Shown in pieces: positions 38,027 to 45,871 of a DNA stretch of 49,549 bases. Both the position numbers and the translations under genes were made by a program. The stretch covers positions 1 through 49,549 of the forward strand of contig JBLYYW010000068.1 of assembly GCA_048550155.1 (NCBI GenBank). The letters are read 5' to 3'. Position 1 is the first letter of the stretch, and each line of letters opens with the position of its first letter. This DNA comes from Acidimicrobiales bacterium. GTDB lineage: Bacteria; Actinomycetota; Acidimicrobiia; Acidimicrobiales; SZUA-35. A model generated the notes under the pieces. It ran no database searches. It had not been told where the DNA came from and was given only the letters and a program-made list of their open reading frames with translations.

Positions 38027-38554
38027 GTGACCCGTCGAGCCGTCGCCGTTCTCGTTGCCGTGCTCGTCGGGTTGGTACCTGCCGTCGCGTCAGCCGACGC
38101 CGTGTTCATAGGGTCCTCACCGGCACCCCAGGCGATCGTTGGGGGCACCGTCGACACCCTCGAGGTGGTGTTCAACGAGATCGTTTCCATGGCGCGCCTG
38201 ACGATCGAAGGACCGGATGGCACGGTCGAAGTGAAAAATCAGGTCACAGAGGGTCAGGTCATCTCGGTGACCTTCGACGAGCTGTCGGCCGAAGGCCGGT
38301 ATCTGGTTCGCTATTCCGTCATCTCTGCTGATACTGATCCTGTCGAAGGTGCGTTCTCGTTCACCTACCAAATGGATGGCCCCGCCCCGCTTCCTGTCGT
38401 CGCGCCGGCCCTCGACACCGGGAGTGTGAGCACTGCCCCATTTGTCGTTGCCATCCTCGTGGGTCTGGCCGGAGTTCTGTGTGTGCAGATCATTCGACGA
38501 AGCCGACGGTTGAGGCAGCTCAAGTCATCGGAGGGCGTACGCTCTGAGAGGTGA
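38027..38554 (+). CDS. CopC-fold domain protein with signal peptide and C-terminal TM anchor; canonical Cu-binding His residues replaced by Asp
   Basis: 175 aa. Signal peptide ...VPAVASA|DAVFIGSSPAP. The CopC-like pattern ...GRYLVRYSVISADTDPVEGAFSFTY compares with canonical W/YRVVSxDGHPxxG. A C-terminal hydrophobic helix is followed by RRSRRLR. GTGA overlap with the rimO start. Confidence 0.7.
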   Translation: MTRRAVAVLVAVLVGLVPAVASADAVFIGSSPAPQAIVGGTVDTLEVVFNEIVSMARLTIEGPDGTVEVKNQVTEGQVISVTFDELSAEGRYLVRYSVISADTDPVEGAFSFTYQMDGPAPLPVVAPALDTGSVSTAPFVVAILVGLAGVLCVQIIRRSRRLRQLKSSEGVRSER

Positions 38555-39804
38555 GTCGCACGTATTGGGTTGAGACCCTTGGTTGTCCCAAGAACCAGGT
38601 TGATTCCGACAAACTGGTCGGGACAATGACCGCCGACGGCCTGGTCGCTGCCGACTCACCGGAGCAGGCCGATCTTGTGGTGGTCAACACCTGCGCGTTC
38701 ATCGAAAGCGCACGCGAGGAGAGCGTCGACACCATTCTCGCGCTCACCGATGCCAAGGCCGAAGGGGCCGAAGTTGTGGTCACCGGATGTATGGCCGAAC
38801 GCTACGGCGAGGAACTCTCGGCTGCCCTGCCTGAGGTGACTCAGGTGAGCGGGTTCGGGACACCGGTCACGCTCGGTCCAACTCGAGCTGTCGGTTCCGC
38901 GCCGCTGCCATCCTTCGATCTCCTCAACCTTCCCAGACCTCGATCCACCGCGCCATGGGCGTACGTGAAGATCGCCGAGGGGTGTGACCGCAACTGCGGT
39001 TTCTGTGCCATTCCCAGCTTTCGGGGCAAGCAACGGTCCCGAACCATCGACTCAATCCTGGCCGAGGTGGAGCAGACCGAAGCGCGCGAGATCGTGTTGG
39101 TTGCACAAGACCTGGCGTCCTATGGGCGTGATCAAGGAGTGGGCGAACGACAAATCGTCGAACTGGTCGAGGCCGTTTCCGAGCGGGTCGAGTGGGTCCG
39201 ACTGCTCTACCTCTACCCATCGGATCTCAACGATCGTCTCGTCGATGCCATCTGTACCACCGGTGTTCCGTATTTCGATCTGTCGCTGCAGCATGTGAGC
39301 CGCCCGCTCCTGCGACGGATGCGACGCTGGGGAGAGGGAACGCTTTTCACCGAGCGGATCGAGGCCGTGCGGGAGCGCGAGCCGGGCGCCGCGTTCCGGT
39401 CGAACTTCATCGTGGGCTACCCGGGAGAGACCGAAGACGATCATGATGCGCTGCTTCGCTTTGTGGACGAATCCCGGTTGGACTGGTGCGGCTTCTTCTC
39501 CTACTCCGCTGAGGACGGAACCTACGCGTATGATCTCGACGGCCAGGTAGCTTCGGGCCTTGTAGCGGATCGACTCGCCGAGCTCACCGAACTTCAGGAC
39601 CGCATCACTGCCGAGCGCCAGGACGATCGGATCGGCACGACCGAGTTAGTACTGGTCGATTCGACCGGAGTTGCCAGGTCGGTTCGAGAGGCGCCGGAGA
39701 TTGACGGGATCATCTCGGTGCCCCACGATCTTGAGGTGGGTGCGTTTCACAAGGTCGAGGTTGTCGATGCGGCCGGTCCCGATCTCACCGGTCGACGAGC
39801 ATGA
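38551..39804 (+). CDS. rimO: Ribosomal protein S12 methylthiotransferase
   Basis: 417 aa. ETLGCPKNQVDSD N-terminus, radical-SAM CDRNCGFCAIP motif, and a TRAM-type C-terminus with REAPEIDGIISV. Confidence 0.9.
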   Translation: MSRTYWVETLGCPKNQVDSDKLVGTMTADGLVAADSPEQADLVVVNTCAFIESAREESVDTILALTDAKAEGAEVVVTGCMAERYGEELSAALPEVTQVSGFGTPVTLGPTRAVGSAPLPSFDLLNLPRPRSTAPWAYVKIAEGCDRNCGFCAIPSFRGKQRSRTIDSILAEVEQTEAREIVLVAQDLASYGRDQGVGERQIVELVEAVSERVEWVRLLYLYPSDLNDRLVDAICTTGVPYFDLSLQHVSRPLLRRMRRWGEGTLFTERIEAVREREPGAAFRSNFIVGYPGETEDDHDALLRFVDESRLDWCGFFSYSAEDGTYAYDLDGQVASGLVADRLAELTELQDRITAERQDDRIGTTELVLVDSTGVARSVREAPEIDGIISVPHDLEVGAFHKVEVVDAAGPDLTGRRA

Positions 39805-40391
39805 CTGCACCAGCGTCAACTTCGGGTGTCTCCGACCTGATCGGGTCCTCCAGGTGGGCCCTTGCCGCCAACTCCCTCACATTGTTACGCCTGGTCCTCA
39901 CCCCGATCTTCGTGCTCATGATCCTGCATCAGAACCCCTGGTGGCCGAGTTTTGCGATGGGATGGTTTCTCGGGTTCACCGACTGGTACGACGGCAAGTT
40001 GGCCCGACAGGCCGAACCGACCAGATTCGGAGCCTTCTGGGATCCGTTGGCCGACAAAGCGGTGGTGCTTGCCGCCGGGTATGCCCTGGTCGGAATCGGA
40101 CGATGGTCGTGGATTCCGGTGACGTTGATCGCAATCCGAGAATTCGGACTGATCTTCTACCGCAGTTATTGGGCCAGGCGGAGCCTGGCCATACCAGCCC
40201 GAACCTCGGCGAAGTACAAGACCTTCGTGCAGGGCCTTGCCATCGCCAGCGCCACATGCCCGCCGATCGAGAACACTGCGTCGTGGGTGACCGATGTCCT
40301 CCTTTGGGCGGCGGTGGTGTTCACCCTGTACACCGGAGCGCAATACGTGTTCGACGGATCGGCGGCGTTCAGGAAGAACGGCACACGTTAG
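39801..40391 (+). CDS. pgsA: CDP-diacylglycerol--glycerol-3-phosphate 3-phosphatidyltransferase
   Basis: 196 aa. CDP-alcohol phosphatidyltransferase motif DWYDGKLARQ...GAFWDPLADK. ATGA overlap with rimO. Confidence 0.88.
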   Translation: MTAPASTSGVSDLIGSSRWALAANSLTLLRLVLTPIFVLMILHQNPWWPSFAMGWFLGFTDWYDGKLARQAEPTRFGAFWDPLADKAVVLAAGYALVGIGRWSWIPVTLIAIREFGLIFYRSYWARRSLAIPARTSAKYKTFVQGLAIASATCPPIENTASWVTDVLLWAAVVFTLYTGAQYVFDGSAAFRKNGTR

Positions 40392-40439
40392 TAGCTCCCT
40401 CAGCTAGGCGGCACTGTTCGCACTTGGTGAGGGTCTACT

Positions 40440-42467
40440 GTGATCCGGGTGTTTCATTGCCTTCGTTCAATAGCTGTTCTACTTGCACTTGCGTTGATGG
40501 CCGGCGCCTGTATCAACGACTCCGAAGGCAGCGATCCTGACCCGGAAACCGACGGTTCATCCTCCGGTGAGGCATCTGAAGGCAACCAAGCCGAAACCGA
40601 TCAAACCGGTGATGACTCTACGGCCGGTGCTGGCACCGCACCAGATCCAACATTGGAGTCGATCGACTGCCCCTTCGTTGAGCCCGATGGCGTCACGCCC
40701 GACTGTCATCAGCTCACCGTGCCGGAGAACTGGGAAACCGGCGAGGGCGAAGTGAAGCTGATCGTCGGTGTTCTGCCTAGTCGGAGCGGTTCCGACAGCG
40801 CTCCGATCGTGTATCTCGAAGGAGGCCCCGGCGCCCATGCGCTCGACACACTTCAGTTCCAGTTCGCCGAGATCTGGGATCCGCTGCTCGAGGATCATGA
40901 CCTGATCTTCTTCGACCAACGGGGAACCGGCTTCTCCGAACCGAGTCTGCGTTGCCCCGAACTCACCACGCTCAGCCGCGAGGCTGAGGACGACCCGTCG
41001 CTCACACCGGCCCAGCTTCAGACCTTCGCGGAGGAAGCGCTTGGGACCTGCGCAACCGGGTATTTGAACCGTGGGATCGACATCGCCCAGTACAACACGA
41101 TCAACAACGCCAAAGACGCAGATGCGATCAGGGATGCCTTGGGCTACGAGCAATGGAACCTGTTGGGGATCTCCTACGGAACCCGGTTGGCCCTCGACAT
41201 GATGCGGCAGTTTCCCGATTCGATTCGTTCGGCTGTCATCGACAGTGTGTACCCGCCCCAGGTCGATGCGACCGTCGAGCAATCCCAAACATTCCTCGAC
41301 AGCTTCGAGCTGGTCTCGGCTGCCTGTGACGCCGAGCCTGAGTGCGCATCCCAAGGGAACCTGAGCGAGCGCTTGATTGCAGCCGCAGCCGATCTGGAGG
41401 CCCAGCCGCGGGAGGTTGAGGTTGTCGACTTCCTCACCGGCGAAACCGACACCGTCCAGGCCACGGGTGACTCGGTGGTCACAGTCGTGGGCGGCGGGCT
41501 CTACTCGCCGTTCGCGTTCACCGATTGGCCCGAGCTCCTCACCGACATCGAATCCGGCGGAACCGATGCGCTTTCGCAGTACCTCTCGTTCGAGCGAACC
41601 AACGAGGCGTTTCTCACATCGGGGATGTTCTACGCATTCCAGTGCAATGAGGAAGTTGCATTTGCTGACCCGGCCGAAGTCGCAGCGGCATCACCCGAGG
41701 ACCCCTTCGGGTTGTATGAGAGCGCCTTCAGCAGCGGCGACGAGTTCGCGTCGTGCGCAGCTCTCGGGGGAGTCCCGACCGGTCCGATCTCCAACGAACC
41801 GGTCGAGAGCGACATCCCGACTCTGGTGCTGGCTGGTGAGTTCGATCCCGTTACCCCGCCGGCGTGGGGCGAACTCGCGGCGGAGACGTTGTCAAACTCC
41901 CAGTTCGTGGTGCTCTCCGGTGAGTCCCACGGGGTGGCAGGAACTGAGTGCGGCAATGCGATGATCCAGGACTTCCTGGCCGATCCGGCTTCGACGGTCG
42001 ACTCGAGTTGTGCAAGCGAGGGCACCGTCTCGTTCGTGAGCGGCGGCGATAGGGCGGTTGAACTCGAAAACGTGGTCGCCGGGTTCACGGTAGGAGAGCT
42101 GCCGATCGTTCAACCCGTCGGATGGACAACCGCGAACGCCGGCGGACTGGTCGACTCCCGGCGGGCGGAGTCGCTGCTTGACGTGGCGGAGGTCCTCCAA
42201 TTCTCTGGTCCGTCGCAGGTGGTCGAATCGTTGGAAGGCTTCATCGAAGGGTCGTTGGGCATCGAGTTGGGTCCCTCCACTTTCACCGAGATCGGCGAGT
42301 GGACCGCCCGAACCGGAACGGCCGATGGCGTGGCGGTCGATTTCTATGAACGAGTCCGCGACGAAGAGAACGTCGACTTGATCCTGCTGATCGCCAGCGA
42401 CACCGAAGTCGACACGCTTCGAACGCAGCTGCTGGAGCCTGTGGTTGAGGGATTCGGAGTCGAGTGA
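40440..42467 (+). CDS. Secreted (lipobox-like) alpha/beta hydrolase, proline-iminopeptidase / tripeptidyl-aminopeptidase (S33) like
   Basis: 675 aa. Signal peptide ending LALMAGAC. YLEGGPGA, FDQRGTGFSEP and the nucleophile elbow GISYGT are present. An extra ~150 aa C-terminal region follows. Confidence 0.8.
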   Translation: MIRVFHCLRSIAVLLALALMAGACINDSEGSDPDPETDGSSSGEASEGNQAETDQTGDDSTAGAGTAPDPTLESIDCPFVEPDGVTPDCHQLTVPENWETGEGEVKLIVGVLPSRSGSDSAPIVYLEGGPGAHALDTLQFQFAEIWDPLLEDHDLIFFDQRGTGFSEPSLRCPELTTLSREAEDDPSLTPAQLQTFAEEALGTCATGYLNRGIDIAQYNTINNAKDADAIRDALGYEQWNLLGISYGTRLALDMMRQFPDSIRSAVIDSVYPPQVDATVEQSQTFLDSFELVSAACDAEPECASQGNLSERLIAAAADLEAQPREVEVVDFLTGETDTVQATGDSVVTVVGGGLYSPFAFTDWPELLTDIESGGTDALSQYLSFERTNEAFLTSGMFYAFQCNEEVAFADPAEVAAASPEDPFGLYESAFSSGDEFASCAALGGVPTGPISNEPVESDIPTLVLAGEFDPVTPPAWGELAAETLSNSQFVVLSGESHGVAGTECGNAMIQDFLADPASTVDSSCASEGTVSFVSGGDRAVELENVVAGFTVGELPIVQPVGWTTANAGGLVDSRRAESLLDVAEVLQFSGPSQVVESLEGFIEGSLGIELGPSTFTEIGEWTARTGTADGVAVDFYERVRDEENVDLILLIASDTEVDTLRTQLLEPVVEGFGVE

Positions 42468-42482
42468 CGATAAAGAGGGGAC

Positions 42483-43748
42483 GTGAAGGTTGAGATCGTC
42501 GCCATCGGAACCGAACTGTTGCTGGGGCAGATCGTCGACACCAACAGCTCCTGGATCGGAGCCGAACTCGCCGCTGCCGGTCTGAACAGCCATTTCCAGA
42601 CCAAGGTTGGTGACAACCCGTCCCGCATGAAGGAGTCGTTGGAGCTCGCGCTGAGCCGCAGCGATGCGGTGATCTGCTGTGGGGGATTGGGCCCGACCCA
42701 AGACGATCTCACACGGCAGGTCATTGCCGACGTCATGGGCGTCGAGCTGGAGCTGCGCGACGATCTGGCCGAAAGGATCCGGCTGATGTTCACCAGTCGA
42801 GGTCGGGAGATGTCGGAGAACAATCTCGTGCAAGCGATGGTGCCGATGGGTGCGCGCCCGATTCCACAGCAACCGGGGACAGCTCCGGGGCTGGTGTGCC
42901 CGGTGATGCACGAAGGGGTCGAACGGGTGATCTACGCCGTACCCGGTGTGCCGTACGAAATGAAGGAGATGGTCACGGGCACCGTCATTCCCGACCTTCG
43001 AGTTCGTTCCGGTGACACATCGGTGATCGCAAGCCGAATCATCCGGACCTGGGGGCAGAGCGAATCGGGTCTGGCCGAGATCCTGGCCGACAGAATCGAG
43101 AGGCTCGATGCCGCCGGGAATCCGACGTTGGCCTTCCTGGCCAGCGGGGTCGAGGGGCTGAAGGTTCGTATCACCGCCAAAGCAGCTGATGAGGATGCCG
43201 CGTCGGCGATGTTGGATGCTGAACAAGCGGAGCTTGCGCCCCTGATCGGTCGATGGACCTTCGCCTACGACGATGACAACATGGAAACCGTCGTGGTTCG
43301 CGCGCTGAAGGAGAAGGGCCTGACCCTTGCGGTGGCTGAGTCGTTGACCGGCGGGTATCTGTCCGGTCGCATCTGCCAGGTGGCGGGGGTCAGCGAGATC
43401 TACCGGGGCGGGATCGTGGCGTACGACGCTGCAATCAAACACCAACTTCTTGGCGTGCCCGAAGGTCCGATCATCACCGAGCAGGCCGCAGCGGCAATGG
43501 CCGAAGGTGCCTGTCGGGTCTTTGGCGCCGATGTCGGTATCGGCACGACCGGGGTGGCCGGCCCCGACGAAGCCGAGGGGCTCCCGGTGGGCACGGTCTG
43601 TATGGCGGTGAGCCTCATGGTCGGCGACGGCGAGGACGCCGAGTCCTACACCAAGACCGCAACGATCCGCCTACCCGGGGACCGCGAACGAATCCGTCAG
43701 TTCAGCACGATCACAGTCCTCGACATGCTGAGAAAGATGCTGGTCTGA
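42483..43748 (+). CDS. cinA: CinA family protein (competence/damage-inducible; NMN amidohydrolase domain)
   Basis: 421 aa. MKVEIVAIGTELLLGQIVDTNSSWI MoCF-type N-terminus. C-terminal PncC-like AESLTGG...GIVAYD domain. Confidence 0.9.
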   Translation: MKVEIVAIGTELLLGQIVDTNSSWIGAELAAAGLNSHFQTKVGDNPSRMKESLELALSRSDAVICCGGLGPTQDDLTRQVIADVMGVELELRDDLAERIRLMFTSRGREMSENNLVQAMVPMGARPIPQQPGTAPGLVCPVMHEGVERVIYAVPGVPYEMKEMVTGTVIPDLRVRSGDTSVIASRIIRTWGQSESGLAEILADRIERLDAAGNPTLAFLASGVEGLKVRITAKAADEDAASAMLDAEQAELAPLIGRWTFAYDDDNMETVVVRALKEKGLTLAVAESLTGGYLSGRICQVAGVSEIYRGGIVAYDAAIKHQLLGVPEGPIITEQAAAAMAEGACRVFGADVGIGTTGVAGPDEAEGLPVGTVCMAVSLMVGDGEDAESYTKTATIRLPGDRERIRQFSTITVLDMLRKMLV

Positions 43749-43863
43749 CCCCAACTGGCCGCTCCAACTGTCGCGTTCACCCCACCTGGCCGCTCCAACT
43801 GTCGCCCCTCGACAACTCGGGCGGCCAGAACGGATTAGAGCGATAACTCGGGCGGCCAGAACG
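43749..43863. repeat. Composite palindromic repeat element: 2x unit A + 2x unit B, both with 31-bp period
   Basis: A1 43749-43774 (CCCCAACTGGCCGCTCCAACTGTCGC) and A2 43780-43805 differ by 1 mismatch. B1 43810-43832 (CGACAACTCGGGCGGCCAGAACG) and B2 43841-43863 also differ by 1 mismatch. CTGGCCGC...GTCG in A is complementary to CGAC...GCGGCCAG in B. Confidence 0.75.
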
Positions 43864-43880
43864 AGCGCAGGCGAGCGGAA

Positions 43881-44282
43881 TCATGACTCTGTGGTACGGC
43901 TCGTGAAGGACGAGCTGGTTGTGCGGCGGGGGCGGGTGGTCGTCGTGGTGGAGGATGTCGTAGTTGTGGCCCGTTTCTGGGCAGTTCGCATCTCGAGCAG
44001 GAACGCATTCTCCTTGGGGCAGCGATGCTGAAACACGAATTCCTGGAACTCGAACTGCTCGGAGTCGAGATCAGCCCAAATAACGTTCAACACCTCGGAG
44101 TCAAGGGCGCACAGCAAGTCTGCGGTTGCCAGCTTGGCCTCCACCTCGGCGTCGCTCGGGTCGCCCTCCATGATTGCCTCGAGCAGCTCACGGTCTGATG
44201 GACCTGCGGGTTCATCGCTCCCACACGAGATGGCTGCCAGTGAAAGGGCGGCAACCGCACACAGATGACCGAACCTCCTCAC
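43881..44282 (-). CDS. Small secreted/lipoprotein-like hypothetical protein with Thr/Ser-rich C-terminus
   Basis: The ORF 43881..44354 is trimmed to GTG 44282, giving MRRFGHLCAVAALSLAAISCGSD (signal peptide with a Cys). The tail is ...TTTTSSTTTTTRPRRTTSSS. The start choice is uncertain. Confidence 0.45.
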   Translation of the reverse strand: MRRFGHLCAVAALSLAAISCGSDEPAGPSDRELLEAIMEGDPSDAEVEAKLATADLLCALDSEVLNVIWADLDSEQFEFQEFVFQHRCPKENAFLLEMRTAQKRATTTTSSTTTTTRPRRTTSSSFTSRTTES

Positions 44283-44375
44283 CGCTTCAGTATTACATTC
44301 GTGGCCTGGTCGTTGTGGCTCACGGTCGGGCGAGAGTCTGCGAACTTCGACCAAATCTCTTCGACCAGGCTTGCA

Positions 44376-44391
44376 TCGAACACTTGTTCGG
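44376..44391 (+). promoter_or_regulatory. LexA (Cheo/SOS) box upstream of recA
   Basis: TCGAACACTTGTTCGG matches the Gram-positive/actinobacterial consensus CGAAC-N4-GTTCG. A TACACT (TANNNT) -10-like hexamer follows at 44395-44400. Confidence 0.7.
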
Positions 44392-44480
44392 AATTACACT
44401 CATGTGAGGCGAACGGAGCTGCTCTGGACGCTGGGAATCAACCACCGGCCCTGTGCGAGTGCACAGACTCGGACAAACAG

Positions 44481-44502
44481 TGTCACACCCCCTCATTAGG
44501 GT
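44481..44502 (+). promoter_or_regulatory. RecA-NDp-like (PafBC-type) promoter motif upstream of recA
   Basis: TGTCAcac-N8-TAGGGT compares with the published actinobacterial motif tTGTCRgtg-8nt-TAnnnT. The TGTCR core, spacing and TANNNT all match. It lies ~80 nt upstream of the recA ATG. Confidence 0.45.
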
Positions 44503-44583
44503 CGGCAACAAGACATCAACACCCCCACTGGGCGCCCGAAAGCGCTCAACACCCCCAAGGTTTGGGGAAAGAGGAGAAACGCA

Positions 44584-45705
44584 ATGGCAAAGTCCAGAGC
44601 AGAACAGAAGACCCTGAAAGATCAGGAGAAGATCAAGGCCGAGAAGGCCAAGTCACTCGAGATGGCACTCAGCCAGATCGACAAGTCCCACGGCGCCGGC
44701 TCGGTAATGAGGATGGGCGACAAGTCCAGCTTGAACATCGGCTCGGTCCCCACTGGCGCACTCTCCTTGGATCTCGCTCTGGGAATCGGTGGCCTACCCC
44801 GGGGGCGGGTCGTGGAGATCTACGGGCCGGAGTCATCGGGTAAGTCCACCCTCGCCATGCACGTGGTCGCCGAAGCCCAACGCAACGGCGGCACCTGCGC
44901 ATATATCGATGCCGAACATGCCATGGACCCGATCTATGCCGGCGCCATCGGTGTGGATGTTGACGAGTTGCTGATCAGCCAGCCTGATACCGGTGAACAG
45001 GCTTTGGAGATCGCCGACATCCTGGTCCGGTCCGGATCGCTCGATGTGATCGTGATCGACTCGGTGGCGGCCCTCACTCCCAGGGCCGAGATCGAAGGGG
45101 AGATGGGCGACCACCACGTGGGCGCGCAAGCTCGTCTCATGAGCCAGGCGCTGCGCAAGATCACCGCCAACCTCAACAAGACCGACACCATCTGTATCTT
45201 CATCAACCAGCTTCGCGAGAAGATCGGGGTCATGTTCGGCTCACCCGAAACTACTCCCGGCGGACGAGCGTTGAAGTTCTACAGTTCGGTCAGGCTCGAT
45301 ATCCGCCGGATCGAAACGCTGAAGAACGGCACCGAAATGGTGGGCAACCGCACCAGGGTGAAGGTGGTGAAGAACAAGGTGGCGCCGCCGTTCCGGCAGG
45401 CCGAGTTCGACATCTCCTATGGCACCGGAATCAGCCGTGAGGGTTCGCTGCTCGACATCGCCGTCGACCGGAGCATCGTGAAAAAATCGGGTGCTTGGTA
45501 CACCTACGAAGGTGAGCAGATCGGGCAAGGTCGGGAGAAGGTCAAAGAGTTCTTGACGGAGAATCCTGACCTCACCATGGAGATCCAAGATCGAGTTCTC
45601 CGTGAGGTTGGCCTACTGGGCGGGGATGACGAGCCTACGATAGAACCATCGGGTGATCTCGATAGCGACGATCCCGAGCTGGATCGTCCGATCGATCTCA
45701 CCTAG
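44584..45705 (+). CDS. recA: Recombinase RecA (no intein)
   Basis: 373 aa with [14 protein letters not shown] Walker [10 protein letters not shown], and [17 protein letters not shown] Shine-Dalgarno sequence upstream. Confidence 0.97.
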   Translation: MAKSRAEQKTLKDQEKIKAEKAKSLEMALSQIDKSHGAGSVMRMGDKSSLNIGSVPTGALSLDLALGIGGLPRGRVVEIYGPESSGKSTLAMHVVAEAQRNGGTCAYIDAEHAMDPIYAGAIGVDVDELLISQPDTGEQALEIADILVRSGSLDVIVIDSVAALTPRAEIEGEMGDHHVGAQARLMSQALRKITANLNKTDTICIFINQLREKIGVMFGSPETTPGGRALKFYSSVRLDIRRIETLKNGTEMVGNRTRVKVVKNKVAPPFRQAEFDISYGTGISREGSLLDIAVDRSIVKKSGAWYTYEGEQIGQGREKVKEFLTENPDLTMEIQDRVLREVGLLGGDDEPTIEPSGDLDSDDPELDRPIDLT

Positions 45706-45735
45706 GCGACCGATACAGGGGATACGAAGTACCCG

Positions 45736-45763
45736 AAGTGCCGGGCCCACAGGCCCGGCACTT
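45736..45763 (+). terminator. recA terminator hairpin
   Basis: AAGTGCCGGGCC-CACA-GGCCCGGCACTT forms a perfect 12 bp GC-rich stem, 31 nt after the recA stop. There is no strong T-tract. Confidence 0.7.
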
Positions 45764-45871
45764 GCCTTCTACCGGGCCTGTTTCAGGCTCGACAAACCAG
45801 CCCGATCGAATCTGTCGTGTCGCCGGTCCAGGAACCGTGAGACAGGGGACAAAGGCCCTAGATTGAACGGT

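Noticed and set aside
32915-38554. Mobile genetic island (prophage/IS/ICE) as the origin of the TadG-like cluster
   Set aside because: There is no integrase, transposase, tRNA attachment site or flanking direct repeats. The last gene is translationally coupled to rimO. Base composition looks like the surroundings by eye. Horizontal origin cannot be excluded without compositional statistics.
39671-40540. 289-aa alternative-frame ORF overlapping the end of rimO, pgsA and the hydrolase start
   Set aside because: It is out of frame with three well-supported genes and has Arg/Pro-rich composition. Spurious.
43749-43863. Possible CRISPR array, because of regular 31-bp-period repeats
   Set aside because: There are only two copies of each of two different units, the 'spacers' are 5-6 nt, and no cas genes are present. 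It is better described as a palindromic repeat element or terminator.
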